Positions 17,585 to 27,518 of a stretch of 42,639 nucleotides of DNA are shown here, one piece after another. The notes beneath the pieces are model-generated. The model did no database searches and had not been told where the DNA came from. It saw only the letters and a list, made by a program, of their open reading frames with translations. This DNA is from a bacterium (GTDB lineage Bacteria > Patescibacteriota > Microgenomatia > Levybacterales > UBA12049), in contig JAUYMJ010000010.1 of assembly GCA_030698775.1 (NCBI GenBank), positions 1 through 42,639 on the forward strand, read 5' to 3'. The position numbers and the translations under genes were made by a program. Each line of letters opens with the position of its first letter. Position 1 is the stretch's first letter.

Positions 17585-18004
17585 CTATATTCTTTCCTGG
17601 CCGATAAATTCCTGAAGGGTCATCGCTGAGACTTTCTGCAAAAACTCCTGATTTAACTTTCTCCAGACAACTCCTGTACTACAAAATTTTGCTTTATCAC
17701 AGCTACCCTTCTTAGAACCGATTTCACAACAAGGAAGAAAAGGATTTGGAGAAAAAACATGCAGAATGTCTCCTATTTTTAAATGTCTTGGATCGCTTTT
17801 GAGGAAATATCCCCCATGCTTTCCCTCAACCGCACCGATAATGTCGGCCTTACGAAGTATACTTGCAAGATTTCTCAGAAACAGTAAGGAGATATGATGG
17901 TCCTTTGCAATTTCAGGAAGAGGTATAAGCCGTTTTTTGTAGACTTTTGCGAGGGAATGAATGAGTATAATTGCGTAATCTTCACTACGGGAAAAGCGTA
18001 TCAT
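17585..18004 (-). CDS. Rrf2 family transcriptional regulator (IscR/SufR-like)
   Basis: DYA...L, G..GGY.L and Cys cluster CC-x7-C-x5-C; first gene of the suf operon. Confidence 0.88.
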   Translation of the reverse strand: MIRFSRSEDYAIILIHSLAKVYKKRLIPLPEIAKDHHISLLFLRNLASILRKADIIGAVEGKHGGYFLKSDPRHLKIGDILHVFSPNPFLPCCEIGSKKGSCDKAKFCSTGVVWRKLNQEFLQKVSAMTLQEFIGQERI

Positions 18005-18050
18005 ATACTAGGATTGTATGAGTTTAAAGAAACGTGGGGGTTCTTGTCAA
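18004..18050 (-). promoter_or_regulatory. suf operon promoter region
   Basis: TACAAT 8 nt before ATG; also TTGACA-N18-TAAACT; imperfect IR TATACT-N11-AGTTTA. Confidence 0.55.
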
Positions 18051-18061
18051 CGGGATTGACC

Positions 18062-19654
18062 TTAATGCTTCTCAGGTCCTTCAAAATGGATGAGTTTATA
18101 AATTTTTACCACAGAGACTTTCCATTCCCCAACAATTTCAGCCCTCCCAAAACCTGCAACTTCCCAGAGTGAATTACCAAGTGGTTGACAGTTTGGATCT
18201 TCACACACAATCAAGAGCTGATCGGTGACAGTTTTTCTCTGAGGGTCAATAACCGTATTCTCAATCGTGATAGGAGACATTTTGGCGAGCTCAAAAAAAT
18301 ACCGATATGCGTGGTCTGAATTACCATTTGTTAACAGTGCGAAATTAAACCGCCTACCGTCCGTTTTTGTAAGCACGAAATCCGCAATCTTTTTTACTTG
18401 CTCTTTCTGTCTATTTGGTGAGGAGAAAAACGGCGCTCCTAAAAGGTTGTAGTAGAGAAAATAAAGAAATACCGCCATTCCGATGAATACTCCGATGATT
18501 CTTTGCCGTTTATTTTTTGTCAGTACCGATAACGCATTCCCGACCAGTAAAAAAGGAACGGGAAACATGAATCCGAAATAGTAATCATAAATTTGCTTCT
18601 TGTAGAAACCAAAAAGGAAAATTCCCAGAAAAAACCAAAAAGCAATGAGCGCGAAGCGATAGACCTGTATTTCATTTTTTGCTTTGTATTGCCTGTAAAA
18701 CTGCACGAGAAAAATCCCGACTGACACAAATGCCAGTACGACAGTCGCAATAAACCAAGCAGTAAAAAAAGGATTTGACTGGACAGACACCTGCTCAGGT
18801 GGAGGAAACCTCGTCATGAGCCTTCCGAAGAGACGGAAAAAAACATCCCACACCACTCCAAAAAAACTGATGTTTGTTTTATATTCCGCACTGAATGTAT
18901 TTTGGAAAATAAAAGAAAAAATGGTTTTGGTATTTGCAAACCCATGACGCAGCTCAAATGCCAAAAATGGAGAAAAACTAATAATAAAACCTGCAAACAC
19001 ACGAACGAAATCTTTTATGCTTTCTTTTACTAAGGAAATTTTGTGCTGGTACCAACGTGCAAAAAGATAGTACGCAATGAGAATGACACCGAGAAATGTT
19101 GCAAGGTAATGAAGTTGCAGAATAATTCCAAAAAGTAAGCCGATAACGAAAAACAACCATTTCCCATTTTTTGTAACGGCTCTATAAAGAAGATATAAGG
19201 TAATGATTGAGAAAAACGGCATAGGGTTTGGATTCCATGATGACCGCGAATACGCAATGACAATCGGGGAAACCGCATAAAGTGAGGCGGCAAGAATCCC
19301 TGCAAGGCTCCCAAAAAAGCGCTTGCCGACGAAATACACAAGCCACACTGTAATTGTCCCGATTATCGCTATCATTATGGCCGGACCGACCGGATCATAG
19401 TGCCATAACCAGAGGAAAGGAGCCATAAAATAGTAATAGACCGGCCCAAGAAAAAAATCCCCGGCAGAAGCACGGGGACCAAGGAGCGTGAGGTTTCCTT
19501 CAAGAATATGTTTTACGACAAGTGCATCCCGTCCCTCATCACCCAGAAACGTGAGATAGTCTCCTATTCTGTAGAGACGGAGAAAGCCACCAACCAAAAC
19601 GATCAGGAGTACAACGAGTGACTCAGGAGAGAAATACTTTCGCAGGAATTTCAT
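18062..19654 (-). CDS. GT-C fold glycosyltransferase (GT39/PMT-ArnT-like)
   Basis: Multi-TM protein with F.GDEGRD acidic first loop, GP.YYY and SR..WNP motifs. Confidence 0.85.
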   Translation of the reverse strand: MKFLRKYFSPESLVVLLIVLVGGFLRLYRIGDYLTFLGDEGRDALVVKHILEGNLTLLGPRASAGDFFLGPVYYYFMAPFLWLWHYDPVGPAIMIAIIGTITVWLVYFVGKRFFGSLAGILAASLYAVSPIVIAYSRSSWNPNPMPFFSIITLYLLYRAVTKNGKWLFFVIGLLFGIILQLHYLATFLGVILIAYYLFARWYQHKISLVKESIKDFVRVFAGFIISFSPFLAFELRHGFANTKTIFSFIFQNTFSAEYKTNISFFGVVWDVFFRLFGRLMTRFPPPEQVSVQSNPFFTAWFIATVVLAFVSVGIFLVQFYRQYKAKNEIQVYRFALIAFWFFLGIFLFGFYKKQIYDYYFGFMFPVPFLLVGNALSVLTKNKRQRIIGVFIGMAVFLYFLYYNLLGAPFFSSPNRQKEQVKKIADFVLTKTDGRRFNFALLTNGNSDHAYRYFFELAKMSPITIENTVIDPQRKTVTDQLLIVCEDPNCQPLGNSLWEVAGFGRAEIVGEWKVSVVKIYKLIHFEGPEKH

Positions 19655-19660
19655 ATCGCA

Positions 19661-20797
19661 TTAGAAGGCTGTCTTTTTTTTCCAGATTACCTTACTGTAG
19701 ACGGTAAAGTTCCAAATGAGAAGGAAGAAGGTCCCGATAAGAAAATATATACGGTAATACTGCTCTCCATAGAGCATATCACCAATTTGGATTGTTCCCG
19801 ACTGAATAAGTATCACGCCGATGTTTGATGTTGCAAAAAATTGTAACATCTTACTGAAGTATGCAAGAACAGAGTTTGCTTTGTGCGCTTTGAATGTCCA
19901 TACGTTATTAAAATTATAGTTTGAAAAAATCGCGAATTGTGCTGCAACGACGTTGGCCAAAGCTATAGGAAGATGCGTATTGCGGACAAGTTGATCATAA
20001 AGAAATGCATTGATAAAAAAACCAAATCCCCCGACAATCAGGAACTTGGGGAAAGAGCTGTGCAGGACTTCCCGAAAACGGGCCGTGATAACATAACGCA
20101 GGAGGTCAACTATGTACTCACCAGGGGCAATCTTAGAATTTCCGAGTGTCCTGTCCGTAAAATGAAAGGGTACTTCGGCGATCTTAAAACCATCTCTGGC
20201 TGCCTTATGCAGGAACGAGACCTGGAAGGTGTATCCTCTGAATTCCCCCATTTCATTTTTCTCCTTTAGAAATACGCTGACCCTCATCGCCCGATAGCCA
20301 CCGGTCCAATCATGGATAGCAAACCTTCCAAATATTGTCCGTACGAGAAGATTCCCAAATATCGAATAGATTTTACGGATTGGAGGCCAGTTTTCCGGAA
20401 TTGAACCTCCCTGACTGTACCTTGTCCCAATGACAAGGTCGTTCCCCTCATCAATTTTTTTCAAAAAGTCAGGAATTTTCTTTGGGTCATGCTGTCCGTC
20501 AGCATCCATCTCAAAAAGTACGTCCGGGGTTAGTTTTTCAACTGCAAGTGACATACCTTTTATATACGCTGCACCGAGCCCCGCCTTTTCTCCATTGTGA
20601 AGGAGATGAAGATTTTTATATTTTTTGATCAACTCTTCTACTTCTTTTGCTGTCCCATCAGGAGAGTCATCATCAACAACAAGAATGTGCATATTCCAGG
20701 TCTTAATTTCCGGGAAGACATCCGTTTCAAGCGTCTCGACAAGCTTTTTTATATTGCCTTTTTCGTTGTATGTAGGAATAATGATAACTGCTTTCAT
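19661..20797 (-). CDS. GT2 polyprenol-phosphate glycosyltransferase (DPM1-like) fused to a GtrA-like domain
   Basis: IIPTYNE, VDD.SPDGT, MDAD..H and D.TGGYRA motifs; 4-TM C-terminus starting KFLIVG. Confidence 0.88.
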   Translation of the reverse strand: MKAVIIIPTYNEKGNIKKLVETLETDVFPEIKTWNMHILVVDDDSPDGTAKEVEELIKKYKNLHLLHNGEKAGLGAAYIKGMSLAVEKLTPDVLFEMDADGQHDPKKIPDFLKKIDEGNDLVIGTRYSQGGSIPENWPPIRKIYSIFGNLLVRTIFGRFAIHDWTGGYRAMRVSVFLKEKNEMGEFRGYTFQVSFLHKAARDGFKIAEVPFHFTDRTLGNSKIAPGEYIVDLLRYVITARFREVLHSSFPKFLIVGGFGFFINAFLYDQLVRNTHLPIALANVVAAQFAIFSNYNFNNVWTFKAHKANSVLAYFSKMLQFFATSNIGVILIQSGTIQIGDMLYGEQYYRIYFLIGTFFLLIWNFTVYSKVIWKKKTAF

Positions 20798-21756
20798 ACC
20801 GTCTTAAAGTAACGTATTGTCTTCTCAAGTCCCTGTTCTACGCCTATTTTAGGACCCCACCCGAGCATAGTTTGCGCCTTTGTGATATCCGGACACCGCC
20901 TCTTTGGATCATCCTCAGGAAGATCCTGGTTGACGATATCTGAAGAAGACTGCGTAAGCTTCTTCACGAGTTCAGCAAGTTCCCTTATCGTCCGCTCATC
21001 CGGATTTCCTAAATTAAATACCTCCCCTTTTGACCCCTCAGTAAACATCGCACGGATAAGCCCTTCAACCATGTCATCAACGTAGCAAAAGCTCCTTGTT
21101 TGTGAACCATCACCATAGATAGTCATATTCTGACCGACTAATGCCTGATTAATAAAATTTGAAACGACCCGACCGTCATCTTTCTGCATATATGGACCAT
21201 ACGTGTTGAAAATTCTAATGATACGCGCATTGAGACCGTGTTTCCTTACAAAACCCATGACCATTGCTTCGCCGAAACGTTTTCCCTCGTCGTAGACGGA
21301 ACGAATGCCAGTCGGATTGACGTTGCCAAAATACGTTTCTTTCTGCGGTGACTCTGCTGGGTCCCCATAGATTTCGGATGAGGATGTATAGAGAACCGAC
21401 GAACCGTGTTCTTTGGCTACAAGCAGCATATGGTACGTTCCAATACTATTCACAAGCAGAGTTTCGATCGGATACGCTATATAGCTTTTGGGGCTATTTT
21501 TATTCGGGGACGCCGGGGAAGCTAGATGAAAAATGAGATCAATCTTTGTCGATCCGTAGAGACTGACGTCATGCGGGACAGAAACATCCTGCTCGATGAA
21601 CGAAAAATTTGGTTTCTCAAGGAGCTCTGAGAGGTTCTCTTTGCTCCCAGTGAGAAAGTTGTCCACACCAATGACACTGTGCCCATCGCTAAGGAGACGC
21701 TTCACCAAATGTGATCCGATAAATCCGGCTGCTCCGGTGATAAGAACTGACGACAT
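20794..21756 (-). CDS. uxs: UDP-glucuronate decarboxylase (UDP-xylose synthase) family
   Basis: GAAGFIGSH, HLASPASP, SSEIYGDP, YDEGKR and DDGRVVSNFI motifs. Confidence 0.9.
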   Translation of the reverse strand: MSSVLITGAAGFIGSHLVKRLLSDGHSVIGVDNFLTGSKENLSELLEKPNFSFIEQDVSVPHDVSLYGSTKIDLIFHLASPASPNKNSPKSYIAYPIETLLVNSIGTYHMLLVAKEHGSSVLYTSSSEIYGDPAESPQKETYFGNVNPTGIRSVYDEGKRFGEAMVMGFVRKHGLNARIIRIFNTYGPYMQKDDGRVVSNFINQALVGQNMTIYGDGSQTRSFCYVDDMVEGLIRAMFTEGSKGEVFNLGNPDERTIRELAELVKKLTQSSSDIVNQDLPEDDPKRRCPDITKAQTMLGWGPKIGVEQGLEKTIRYFKTV

Positions 21757-21817
21757 ATCTTTCTATCTTATACGAAAAATGGATGTTGAGAAAGTCATGA
21801 ATGAAGAAGAAGGGAGC

Positions 21818-22795
21818 TTATTGATCGTTTTTTTTCTCGCTTTCAATATCAGATTTGACCATCATCTCAACCAGTTGCGCAAATGACGTCTTTGGCTTCC
21901 ATCCCAACACTTTTTTTGCCTTACTATAATCACCAATCAGGTTATCCACCTCTGCCGGACGCATAAACTCTTTTTTGTTTGCAATGACATACCTCCTCCA
22001 CTCATTCATGCCTGCAGCAGCGAATGCCAATTCGACGAATTCTTCAACGCTATGATTCTCACCGGTCGAGATAACATAATCATCGGCTTCTTTTTGCTGG
22101 AGCATGAGCCACATCGCCTCAACGTAATCTCCGGCATACCCCCAATCTCGCTTTGAATCAAGATTTCCAAGCTCGATGGACTTCTGTTTTCCAAGAAAAA
22201 TCCTCGCTACCGCCCTCGTAATTTTTCTGGTAACAAACTCCAGTCCTCTCCGAGGGGACTCGTGGTTAAAAAGGATCCCGGAGCACGCAAAAAGGTCGTA
22301 GCTTTCCCTGTAATTGACCGTTATGTAATGTCCATAGACCTTGGCCACACCATACGGACTTCGCGGATAAAACCGTGTTGTTTCACGCTGCGGAGTCTCG
22401 GTAACCTTACCAAACATCTCAGAGCTTGAAGCCTGGTAAAACTTAATTTTCGGGTTGACTGACCGGATCGCCTCAAGCATTCTCGTCACACCGAGTGCAG
22501 TAAACTCACCTGTTAAGACAGGCTGATTCCACGACGTTTTCACAAACGATTGGGCTGCAAGGTTATAGACTTCATCAGGCGTTGATTCGATGACAGCTTC
22601 TGTGAGAGAACTCTGGTCAAGTAAATCTCCGGAGACAAGGATTATTTTGTCTTGGATATGCTTAATATTGCCGTAGTTTTGGGTACTTGTTCTTCGTGTA
22701 AGGCCAAAAACCTCATATCCTTTCTCTAAAAGAAATTCAGCCAAATATGAGCCGTCTTGCCCTGTTATTCCCGTTATGAGCGCACGTTTTGCCAT
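21818..22795 (-). CDS. gmd: GDP-mannose 4,6-dehydratase
   Basis: [21 protein letters not shown] and [17 protein letters not shown] motifs. Confidence 0.97.
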   Translation of the reverse strand: MAKRALITGITGQDGSYLAEFLLEKGYEVFGLTRRTSTQNYGNIKHIQDKIILVSGDLLDQSSLTEAVIESTPDEVYNLAAQSFVKTSWNQPVLTGEFTALGVTRMLEAIRSVNPKIKFYQASSSEMFGKVTETPQRETTRFYPRSPYGVAKVYGHYITVNYRESYDLFACSGILFNHESPRRGLEFVTRKITRAVARIFLGKQKSIELGNLDSKRDWGYAGDYVEAMWLMLQQKEADDYVISTGENHSVEEFVELAFAAAGMNEWRRYVIANKKEFMRPAEVDNLIGDYSKAKKVLGWKPKTSFAQLVEMMVKSDIESEKKNDQ

Positions 22796-22810
22796 AGAAT
22801 AGTATTCATT

Positions 22811-23770
22811 CTAAGGGATATTTCGCCAATAGTCCAGTACGTCCCGAAGTGATGTATCAAGAGAAATCGCAGGTTTCCATCCTGTTTTTTGTGTCACTTT
22901 TGTGATGTCTGAACGGTTATCCGCAATATCAATAGGCATGAGGCGGGAAGCGTCTTTTATGATGCTTATTTTACTCGTTGACAATGCGACCAGTCTCTCT
23001 AAAATATCCGACATTTTCTGGGAAGTGCCCGATCCTACGTTGTAGACGTCGCCTTCATCGCCTTTTTCAACCAGTGCAACGTAGGCTTGTACAATATCCC
23101 GAACATCGGTAAAATCCCTCCTGGCTGATAAATTCCCGACCTTGAGAACCGGTTCTTGTTGACCTTTCTCTATTTTTGCAATTTGTGAAGCAAATGCCGC
23201 AACTGCGTAGGCTGGTTTTTGCCTAGGACCTATGTGGTTGAATGGGCGTGTTCTGATAATAGGCATGTTATACGTCATAAAATACTGAAGCCCAAGATAG
23301 TCCTGTGCTATTTTGGAGACCGCATACGGACTAACCGGGCGCATTTGCGTTTCTTCATCGATAGGGAGATCTGACGGGGCGACCTTGCCATAGACTTCAG
23401 CTGACGAAATGATAAGTATTTTTGAAGGCATGTGGGAATGTTTTTTTATTGCTTCCAGCAGATTAATTTGTCCGATAATATTTGTTGAGAATGTAAATGA
23501 CGGATCCTTAAAACTCTGTGAGGGTGATGCGAGCGCTGCAAGATGAAAAATAATATCAGCATCTACTGTGGCTATCGCGTGATCAATCTGGTCTGATTTC
23601 GTTAAATCAACTTGGATGAGTGTGAGTTTATCTGTGATATCGTTTATGCCTTGGAGACTATTCTCTGAATGATACGTCCCTGAAACAACGTAGTCCCCCT
23701 TCTGAAGTAGCAAACGGGAGAGATAGCTTCCGGCAAACCCGGATATCCCGGTAATAAAGGCTTTTTTCAT
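22811..23770 (-). CDS. rmd: GDP-4-keto-6-deoxy-D-mannose reductase-like SDR
   Basis: SSAEVYG, YAVSK, RPFNH.GP.Q and VGNL...RDF.DVRD motifs; adjacent to gmd. Confidence 0.75.
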   Translation of the reverse strand: MKKAFITGISGFAGSYLSRLLLQKGDYVVSGTYHSENSLQGINDITDKLTLIQVDLTKSDQIDHAIATVDADIIFHLAALASPSQSFKDPSFTFSTNIIGQINLLEAIKKHSHMPSKILIISSAEVYGKVAPSDLPIDEETQMRPVSPYAVSKIAQDYLGLQYFMTYNMPIIRTRPFNHIGPRQKPAYAVAAFASQIAKIEKGQQEPVLKVGNLSARRDFTDVRDIVQAYVALVEKGDEGDVYNVGSGTSQKMSDILERLVALSTSKISIIKDASRLMPIDIADNRSDITKVTQKTGWKPAISLDTSLRDVLDYWRNIP

Positions 23771-25065
23771 CGGCCAACTCCGACATAGGTAAAACCAAGC
23801 TCCTTCATACGCGTGGGACTATAGATATTTCGTCCATCAACAACGTTTGGGGTTTTCATGAGCTTCTTGATTTTCCCAAGATCAGCCTCCCGAAACTCGT
23901 CCCACTCGGTAACGATAATCGTTGCGTCGGCATCTTTCACAGAGCTATAGAGGTCTTTTGCAAATGCCACAGAGACATCTGCGAGAATTTTCCTTGCATT
24001 TTCCATTGCAATCGGATCAAATACTCTCACCCTTGCACCTTTTTCTGCAAGTTTCCGGATGACGACAAGGGAGGGAGCATCGCGCATATCGTCAGTGTCC
24101 GGTTTAAATGACAACCCCAAAACGGTAATTTCCTTACCACGTACTTTTCCATGGAGCATTTTTTCCGCTTTCTCAACTATCGAGAGCATCATGTGCTTGT
24201 TTATCGTCTCGACTTCCCGGAGTAATGAAAAATCATACCCATATCCTTTTGCAATTGCGATAAGTGCTTTGACGTCTTTGGGGAAACAACTCCCGCCATA
24301 CCCGGCTCCGGCATTCAAAAACGATGAACCGATCCGCCTATCCAGACCAATCCCCGATAAAACAGCTGTCCCATCAGCCCCTACTTTCTCCGAAAGAGAC
24401 GCGATCGCATTGGCGAAAGAAATTTTTGTCGCCAAAAATGCATTTGAGGCATACTTGATCATCTCCGCTGTCTCGATTGTTGTGATAACCTGTGTTGCTT
24501 GAATCGGTGCATGGAGCTCGCGCATCACTTCCTGAGCCTTCTCGGTATCGGTTCCGATGACAACCCTATCCGGATGTCTCGTGTCCGAAATCGCTTGACC
24601 TTCACGTAAAAATTCAGGAACCGACGCAATATCAAACGATGAAGACGCTGCTCTCACTCTGTTAATTATCTCCCTTATCCGCTTGTTCGTACCTACAGGG
24701 ACGGTACTTTTTGTGACAACCACGGTATACCCTTTGAGGTGTTTTCCAACTTTTTCGGCTACGTCAAAAACTACTGATAGGTCGGCCTCTCCGTTTGGTT
24801 TTGGTGGTGTCCCAACGGCAATAAAGACAGCATCTGACGAGGAAATCGCCTGCGTATACTCAAGTGTAAATAACAGGCGTTTTGCTTTTACATTCCTCTT
24901 CACCAGTTCATCAATTCCCGGTTCGTAAATCGGGATTATTCCTTTTTTAAGACTCTCAATCTTTGAGGCCGTATGACCGATAACGTATACAGTGTTCCCC
25001 AAGTCGGCAAACACTGCAGCCGACACCAGCCCAACGTAACCATGCCCGACAAAAGTAATTGTCAT
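23767..25065 (-). CDS. ugd: UDP-glucose 6-dehydrogenase
   Basis: G.GYVGL, KSTVP.GT, PEFLREG, GYGGSCFPKD and FKP.TDDMR motifs. Confidence 0.94.
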   Translation of the reverse strand: MTITFVGHGYVGLVSAAVFADLGNTVYVIGHTASKIESLKKGIIPIYEPGIDELVKRNVKAKRLLFTLEYTQAISSSDAVFIAVGTPPKPNGEADLSVVFDVAEKVGKHLKGYTVVVTKSTVPVGTNKRIREIINRVRAASSSFDIASVPEFLREGQAISDTRHPDRVVIGTDTEKAQEVMRELHAPIQATQVITTIETAEMIKYASNAFLATKISFANAIASLSEKVGADGTAVLSGIGLDRRIGSSFLNAGAGYGGSCFPKDVKALIAIAKGYGYDFSLLREVETINKHMMLSIVEKAEKMLHGKVRGKEITVLGLSFKPDTDDMRDAPSLVVIRKLAEKGARVRVFDPIAMENARKILADVSVAFAKDLYSSVKDADATIIVTEWDEFREADLGKIKKLMKTPNVVDGRNIYSPTRMKELGFTYVGVGR

Positions 25066-25961
25066 ATTCGTAAACCTTGTAACTTCATTTCTTTAAGCCC
25101 TTCTTCAAATGTCCGCATCTTCACACCCAGTTGCATGATTTTATCATTATTTAAAGTTAAATTGAAAGGTCGGGGCGCACGGCCGCTAAAAAATGCTTCT
25201 CGTGATATTTTTTCAATCTTAGGCTTCTCAATCTGAAACATTGAAGCGATAGTCACAACAGCCTCATAGGGCGAAATAGACGAGCTGCCTACAACGTGGT
25301 AGATACCAGTCATACCTGTCTCTGCAATCGCTTTTAAGGCAATCGCGATATCATCAATAAACGTTGGTGTCATAATATGATCTGTCACCGCCTTCACTTC
25401 TTCCCCGCTTGCAAGCCTGGTCAGTATTGCCCTCACAAAATCAAGCTTCTGCTTAAAATCACTCCTATACGGATAGGCAATCCGCATAATGACATTTCGC
25501 ACGCCTGTACTTACCACCGCTTTTTCCCCTTCATACTTCGTGACGGCATACCATCCGAGCGGATCGGGGCTGTCTTCTTCGGTGTATCCCGCCTCTGACG
25601 TATTCTCTCCGGAAAAAACGAAATCTGTTGACACATAGACCATTGTGTGCCGTGCCTTGGCGCAGGCCAAGGCGACGTTTCTTGCTCCCTCGACATTTAT
25701 TTTCCATGCAGGACCGTTTTCCCCAAGAGGCTTGTCTTTCTCACATGAATCAACATCTGCTTTTGCCGCAAGGTGAAACACAATACTTCCGGAGGGAGCA
25801 TTGAGAATGGGGGAAAGCGTCGCAGGATCGGTAATATCTAGACCGGTTTCAAGGCTAAAGTTCTGAATGGAAAAATTGTTCTCCAAAAGACTGAGGATAC
25901 GAGACCCAACAAGACCAGATCCGCCAACAGCCAGAAGTTTCTTTTTACTTGTCGCCCCCAT
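25062..25961 (-). CDS. rfbD: dTDP-4-dehydrorhamnose reductase
   Basis: G.SGLVGS, A.ADVD.CE, STDFVF.G and Y..TK..GE motifs. Confidence 0.88.
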   Translation of the reverse strand: MGATSKKKLLAVGGSGLVGSRILSLLENNFSIQNFSLETGLDITDPATLSPILNAPSGSIVFHLAAKADVDSCEKDKPLGENGPAWKINVEGARNVALACAKARHTMVYVSTDFVFSGENTSEAGYTEEDSPDPLGWYAVTKYEGEKAVVSTGVRNVIMRIAYPYRSDFKQKLDFVRAILTRLASGEEVKAVTDHIMTPTFIDDIAIALKAIAETGMTGIYHVVGSSSISPYEAVVTIASMFQIEKPKIEKISREAFFSGRAPRPFNLTLNNDKIMQLGVKMRTFEEGLKEMKLQGLRI

Positions 25962-26982
25962 ATTGTTTTTTGTAATACGAGGTGTATGCCCCGGATTTTA
26001 CATCTTTCCACCAGAACACATTCTCCTTGTACCAGGTCACTGTCTTTCCCAGCCATTCATCAAAATTATGCTCCGGCTTCCACCCGAGCTCACGATTGAT
26101 TTTTGTCCAATCAACCGCATATCTCCTGTCATGACCGGGTCGATCCTTCACATATTCGATCATCGCGTCGTCTTTTCCGAGAAGACGCAGGATCTTCTTG
26201 ACGACTTCGATATTACTAATACCTTGCCTGCCGGCAGGCAGGTCCTCCGTAACCCCACCGACACAGTAGGTCTCACCGATTTTTCCCTTTTGCAACACCA
26301 CATCGATTGCCCGACAATGGTCCTCAACATATAACCAATCGCGAACATAGAGTCCGTCACCATAGACCGGGATTTTTTTTTCTTCGAGAAGATTGGTGAT
26401 CGCGAGTGGAATAAATTTTTCGGGAAATTGGAACGGACCAAAATTGTTTGAGCAGTTTGTGATGGTTACCGGCAACCCGAACGTCGTGTGGTAGGCGCGT
26501 ACGAGATGGTCCGACCCTGCTTTGCTTGCTGCGTAGGGACTTCTCGGATTGTAAGCGGTTGTTTCTGAAAATTTTTTTGTTTCCTCAAGTGAAAGTGCTC
26601 CAAAGACCTCATCTGTTGATATGTGATGGAATCTCTCAATTCCTGCTTTCACTGCACCGTCAAGGAGAACTTGCGTTCCGGTAACGTTTGTTTCGATAAA
26701 AGCAGCAGGCTCCATTATCGACCTATCGACGTGACTTTCTGCAGCAAAATGAACGACCATATTTACCCCCTGCATTGCTTTCTCTACGACGACGGGGTCA
26801 CAGATATTTCCGTGTATAAAGGAGTAGTGAGGGTGTTTCTCAATTGTGATAAGATTCTCAAGATTTCCTGCATACGTTAACGAATCAAGATTAACAACAT
26901 GATCTTCGGGATGGTACTTCATCCAGTAGAGAATAAAATTCGCTCCGATAAATCCTGCACCTCCGGTGACGAGTAATTTCAT
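25945..26982 (-). CDS. rfbB: dTDP-glucose 4,6-dehydratase
   Basis: TGGAGFIG, FAAESHVDRSI, STDEV, YAASKA and DRPGHDRRYA motifs. Confidence 0.97.
   Translation of the reverse strand: MKLLVTGGAGFIGANFILYWMKYHPEDHVVNLDSLTYAGNLENLITIEKHPHYSFIHGNICDPVVVEKAMQGVNMVVHFAAESHVDRSIMEPAAFIETNVTGTQVLLDGAVKAGIERFHHISTDEVFGALSLEETKKFSETTAYNPRSPYAASKAGSDHLVRAYHTTFGLPVTITNCSNNFGPFQFPEKFIPLAITNLLEEKKIPVYGDGLYVRDWLYVEDHCRAIDVVLQKGKIGETYCVGGVTEDLPAGRQGISNIEVVKKILRLLGKDDAMIEYVKDRPGHDRRYAVDWTKINRELGWKPEHNFDEWLGKTVTWYKENVFWWKDVKSGAYTSYYKKQYGGDK
26221..26243. repeat. Palindrome in-frame within rfbB (encodes LPAGRQG)
   Basis: Perfect 16-bp palindrome TGCCTGCCGGCAGGCA at 26225-26240, flanked by ACC/GGT. Confidence 0.75.
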
Positions 26983-27518
26983 AATTTTCCCTCTCTTTCA
27001 AGAGTAGATAGAAGCAGTATACCAAGTGATGCGATAGAATTCTTTATACTACCTGTCGTTACGTGCTTGACCGCCTCGGAAAGCGGCATCTTTACAAGTG
27101 TAATCTCCTCATCTTCCTCAGGGGAAGATACCCCAAATGTCAGATCCCGCGCGAGAAAAATGTGTATCTCGGATTTTATGACACTACTGTTTCCCGAGAA
27201 AAATCCGAATTGCGTCCATTTTTTAGCAACCATTCCCGTCTCTTCTGCAAGTTCCCGCTTCGCTGCCAAGAGAGGAGATTCTCCCTTTTCTACATGCCCA
27301 GCTACTTCTTCCAAAAATGTCTCGTCATGCAGATATCGAAACTGCTTGATAAGATAGAGCTCATTTTTGTCCGTTAATGGAAATACGGAAGCTATCGGCG
27401 GACGATAAATATTTCGATGTGTATGGAGAGTGCCATTTATATCAAGCTTGGTCTCAACGACAGAGAAAAGGTCAGCGTTAAGAATCGGCTTTTGTGAGAG
27501 GATTTTTATTGGACTCAT
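26979..27518 (-). CDS. NUDIX hydrolase (ADP-ribose/NDP-sugar pyrophosphatase-like)
   Basis: Nudix box GHVEKGESPLLAAKRELAEETG and upstream LI.QFRY. Confidence 0.9.
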   Translation of the reverse strand: MSPIKILSQKPILNADLFSVVETKLDINGTLHTHRNIYRPPIASVFPLTDKNELYLIKQFRYLHDETFLEEVAGHVEKGESPLLAAKRELAEETGMVAKKWTQFGFFSGNSSVIKSEIHIFLARDLTFGVSSPEEDEEITLVKMPLSEAVKHVTTGSIKNSIASLGILLLSTLEREGKL

